NCBI RefSeq assembly: GCF_039654945.1
Contig: NW_027361792.1
Span: 5,456,001 to 5,520,000 of the forward strand
Length of the DNA stretch: 64,000 nt
Origin: Dendrobates tinctorius
Taxonomy: Eukaryota
Direction of reading: 5' to 3'
This document shows, one piece after another, positions 61,301 through 64,000 of the stretch. The first letter of the stretch is position 1. The number at the start of each line of letters is the position of its first letter. A model generated the notes under the pieces. The model was not told the origin of the DNA and ran no database searches. It worked only from the letters and a program-made list of their open reading frames with translations. Made by a program: the position numbers and the translations under genes.

Positions 61301-61535
61301 TGCCGATAGACTATAACCACCAACCAACTGGGCCAAATACTGCAACCACCAAGAATCTGTGCCGATAGACTGTAACCACCAACCGACTGGGCCAAATACT
61401 GCAACCACCAAGCATCTGTGCCGATAGACTGCAACCACCAACCAACTGGGCCAAATACTGCAACCACCAAGCATCTGTGCCGATAGACTGTAACCACCAA
61501 CCAACTGGGCCAAATACTGCAACCACCAAGCATCT
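58349..61535. repeat. 59-bp satellite (dimer of ~30-bp subunits), ~54 copies, upstream of LMO2
   Basis: GATAGACTGTAACCACCAACCAACTGGGCCAAATACTGCAACCACCAAGCATCTGTGCC. Confidence 0.96.
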
Positions 61536-62819
61536 ATGTCATAGGCTGTTATATGTTTGATAAGAGTGTTGCATTTTATACTTATGGCTGGCTTGTGTCT
61601 CGGTTCTCTGGGAGACTCTGACTCAACGCTGTCCCTGGAAATAGGGGGATTCCTGTCCACTAGGGGAATCTGAGGATCTGACTGCTAGGACCCCAACTGA
61701 TCAGAGATCGGGGCTCGGGAACAAAGCTTCAGCCGTATCTTGAAGAGAGCGGATTTGCTCCTGCTCCATTCCGGTCTATGGGACTGTCGAGCACAGCGCT
61801 CGCTTCATTCAGGACGGGGTTGCAGTTCCTCGTTTTTGTTATTGCTGTTCTGTGTCAGATCCCCATAAATCAGCAAGTTATCTCCAGCCTACAGATGGGG
61901 GATGAATTGTATATATATATTTTTTTTTTTTTTTGCAGTGTCTGTTTACTCACTAATGATTTTTGCAGGAAAGTATTTGGTCTTCAGCACCAAAAAGAGC
62001 TTGAATCCGGCATCTGATCCGGACCCAGAGAAGGTCCGCATCACACAAAACCTAATTATGGTAAGACGCTTGTTAATATTCTGACAGCCTGCAGCCACCA
62101 CTAGGGGGAGCTCTCACTGACCTCAGTGTACAGGCCCCATTGATGTCTGTGTGGAAGCTCCACTGCTCCCCCTAGTGGAAGACGGATGCATATCTTTGGT
62201 GATGAAAACGGAGGTGTTACAGCTTGGTATGAGGACAATAATCTCCAGCTAGAAAAGATATATCATGAAATGAATCTGTTCTGATTACCGGACTTTCTGC
62301 AGTCTGTTCTGATCACAAGTGAGTTTTCTGCTGCATTATCACCCTAATCTATGACACAAGACGCCATTACCCTGGGGAAGGGCGGCCGTCCGCCATGGTT
62401 CCTGGAGGTTTTGTCCACGCCGGCTTTTCCTCTGACCACGGAAGAAGCCTACATTTCTACAGGGCGCATTAGAGCGTCTGGACTTGTCTTCTATTTCTGA
62501 ATGTCGGTTGTGTCAATCCAAATGTCAGACTGACAGATAAGTGTGATGGCGGCTTTATGGATCGATTCATTGAAGCCGCTTATTTCGCTAAACTTTTAAT
62601 CGCGGCTTTAAAATGTCAGTGTTTTTCTGCTCGCAAAGTTCATGTTGGTTCAGCTGAAATGTCAGAACCTGGTGTGAGAAGGAGACACAATATCCTGGAA
62701 GCCGATGGGAGCATTCCTGGCACTTTTATCCTTTCTCTTGGGACTATACCGAAGCTGCACCGTCCACTAAAGGCTCAGTGTCCTGTAGTGCTCTGCACCC
62801 CATGAAAAGCTGCATTGTA

Positions 62820-64000
62820 ATGTCTATAGTACTAGTGGTGGCACACGCTCACTACCGCTCCATTCACTGTCTACAGTAGTGGTGGTCACACACGCTCACT
62901 ACCGCTCCATTCACTGTCTATAGTACTGGTGGTGGCACTTGCTCACTACCGCTCCATTCACTGTCTATAGTAGTGGTGGTGGCACTCGCTCATGACCGCT
63001 CAATTCACTGTCTATAGTACTGGTGGTGGTGCTCGCTCACTACCGCTCCATTCACTGTCTATAGGAGGTGGTCGCACTCGCTCAATTCACTGTCTATAGT
63101 ACTAGTGGTGGCACACGCTCACTACCGCTCCATTCACTGTCTACAGTAGTGGTGGTCACACACGCTCACTACCGCTCCATTCACTGTCTATAGTACTGGT
63201 GGTGGCACTTGCTCACTACCGCTCCATTCCCTGTCTATAGTAGTGGTGGTGGCACTCGCTCATGACCGCTCAATTCACTGTCTATAGTACTGGTGGTGGC
63301 ACTCGCTCACTACTGCTCCATTCACTGTCTATAGTAGTGGTGGTCGCACATACTCATTACCGCTCCAGTCACTGTCTATAGTAGTGGTGGTCGCACATGC
63401 TCATGACCGCTTCATTCACTGTCTATAGTAGTGGTGGTAGCACTTGTTCACTACCACCCCATTCACTGTCTATAGTAGTTGAGGTGACTCTCACTCACTA
63501 CCACCCCAGTCACTGTCTATAGTAATGCTGGTAGCACTCGCTCACTACCGCCCCAGTCACTGTCTATAGTAGTGGTAGTCACACACGCTCACTACCGCCC
63601 CAGTCACTGTCTATAGTAGTGGTGGTGACACTTGCTCACTACCGCTCCATTCACTGTCTATAGTAGTGGTGGTGACACTTGCTCACTACCGCTCCATTCA
63701 CTGTCTATAGTAGAGGTGGCCACACTCGATCACTACTGCTCCATTCACTGTCTATAGTAGTGGTGGTAGCACTCGCTCACAACCGCTCCATTTACTGTCT
63801 ATAGTAGTGGTGGTGACACTCGCTCACTACCGCCCCAGTCACTGTCTATAGTAGTGGTGGTCACACACGCTCACTACCGCCCCAGTCACTTTCTATAGTA
63901 GTGGTGGTGACACACGCGCACTACCGCTCCATTCACTGTCTATAGTAGTGGTGGTCGCACATGCTCATTACCGCTCCAGTCACTGTCTATAGTAGTGGTG
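62820..64000. repeat. ~47-50-bp minisatellite running off the window end
   Basis: TTCACTGTCTATAGTAGTGGTGGTGGCACTCGCTCACTACCGCTCCA variants. Confidence 0.93.

Noticed and set aside
58216-61660. 687-837 aa hydrophobic repeat ORFs
   Set aside because: 59-bp satellite open in all three minus frames
9337-64000. Tandem arrays as CRISPR-like loci
   Set aside because: Eukaryotic DNA, no unique spacers, no cas genes

Overview
Vertebrate, very probably frog (anuran), genomic DNA. It holds three intron-containing genes, all on the minus strand, embedded in tandem satellites, CR1 LINEs, Tc1 remnants, a SINE and many palindromic MITEs. From right to left: LMO2 (3 coding exons, 158 aa), FBXO3 (11 coding exons, 450 aa), and an unrecognised 8-exon gene (CDS 22691->5276, 317 aa) that I assembled by hand from splice sites. 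That gene encodes a signal peptide, two tandem Link (Xlink, hyaluronan-binding-type) modules, a short stalk, one TM helix and a Cys- and Tyr-motif-rich tail with ITIM/ITAM-like motifs. It lies where CD59 follows FBXO3 in mammals and is the main candidate for an undescribed system. Other notable points: a ~1.1 kb adenosine-free pyrimidine repeat abutting the FBXO3 exon 4 acceptor (implying an extremely distant branch point), an inverted 86-bp array probably inside the LMO2 3'UTR, and a hammerhead-like motif. Nearly all long ORFs in the supplied track are repeat artefacts. All gene models are manual, with no database search or expression data.
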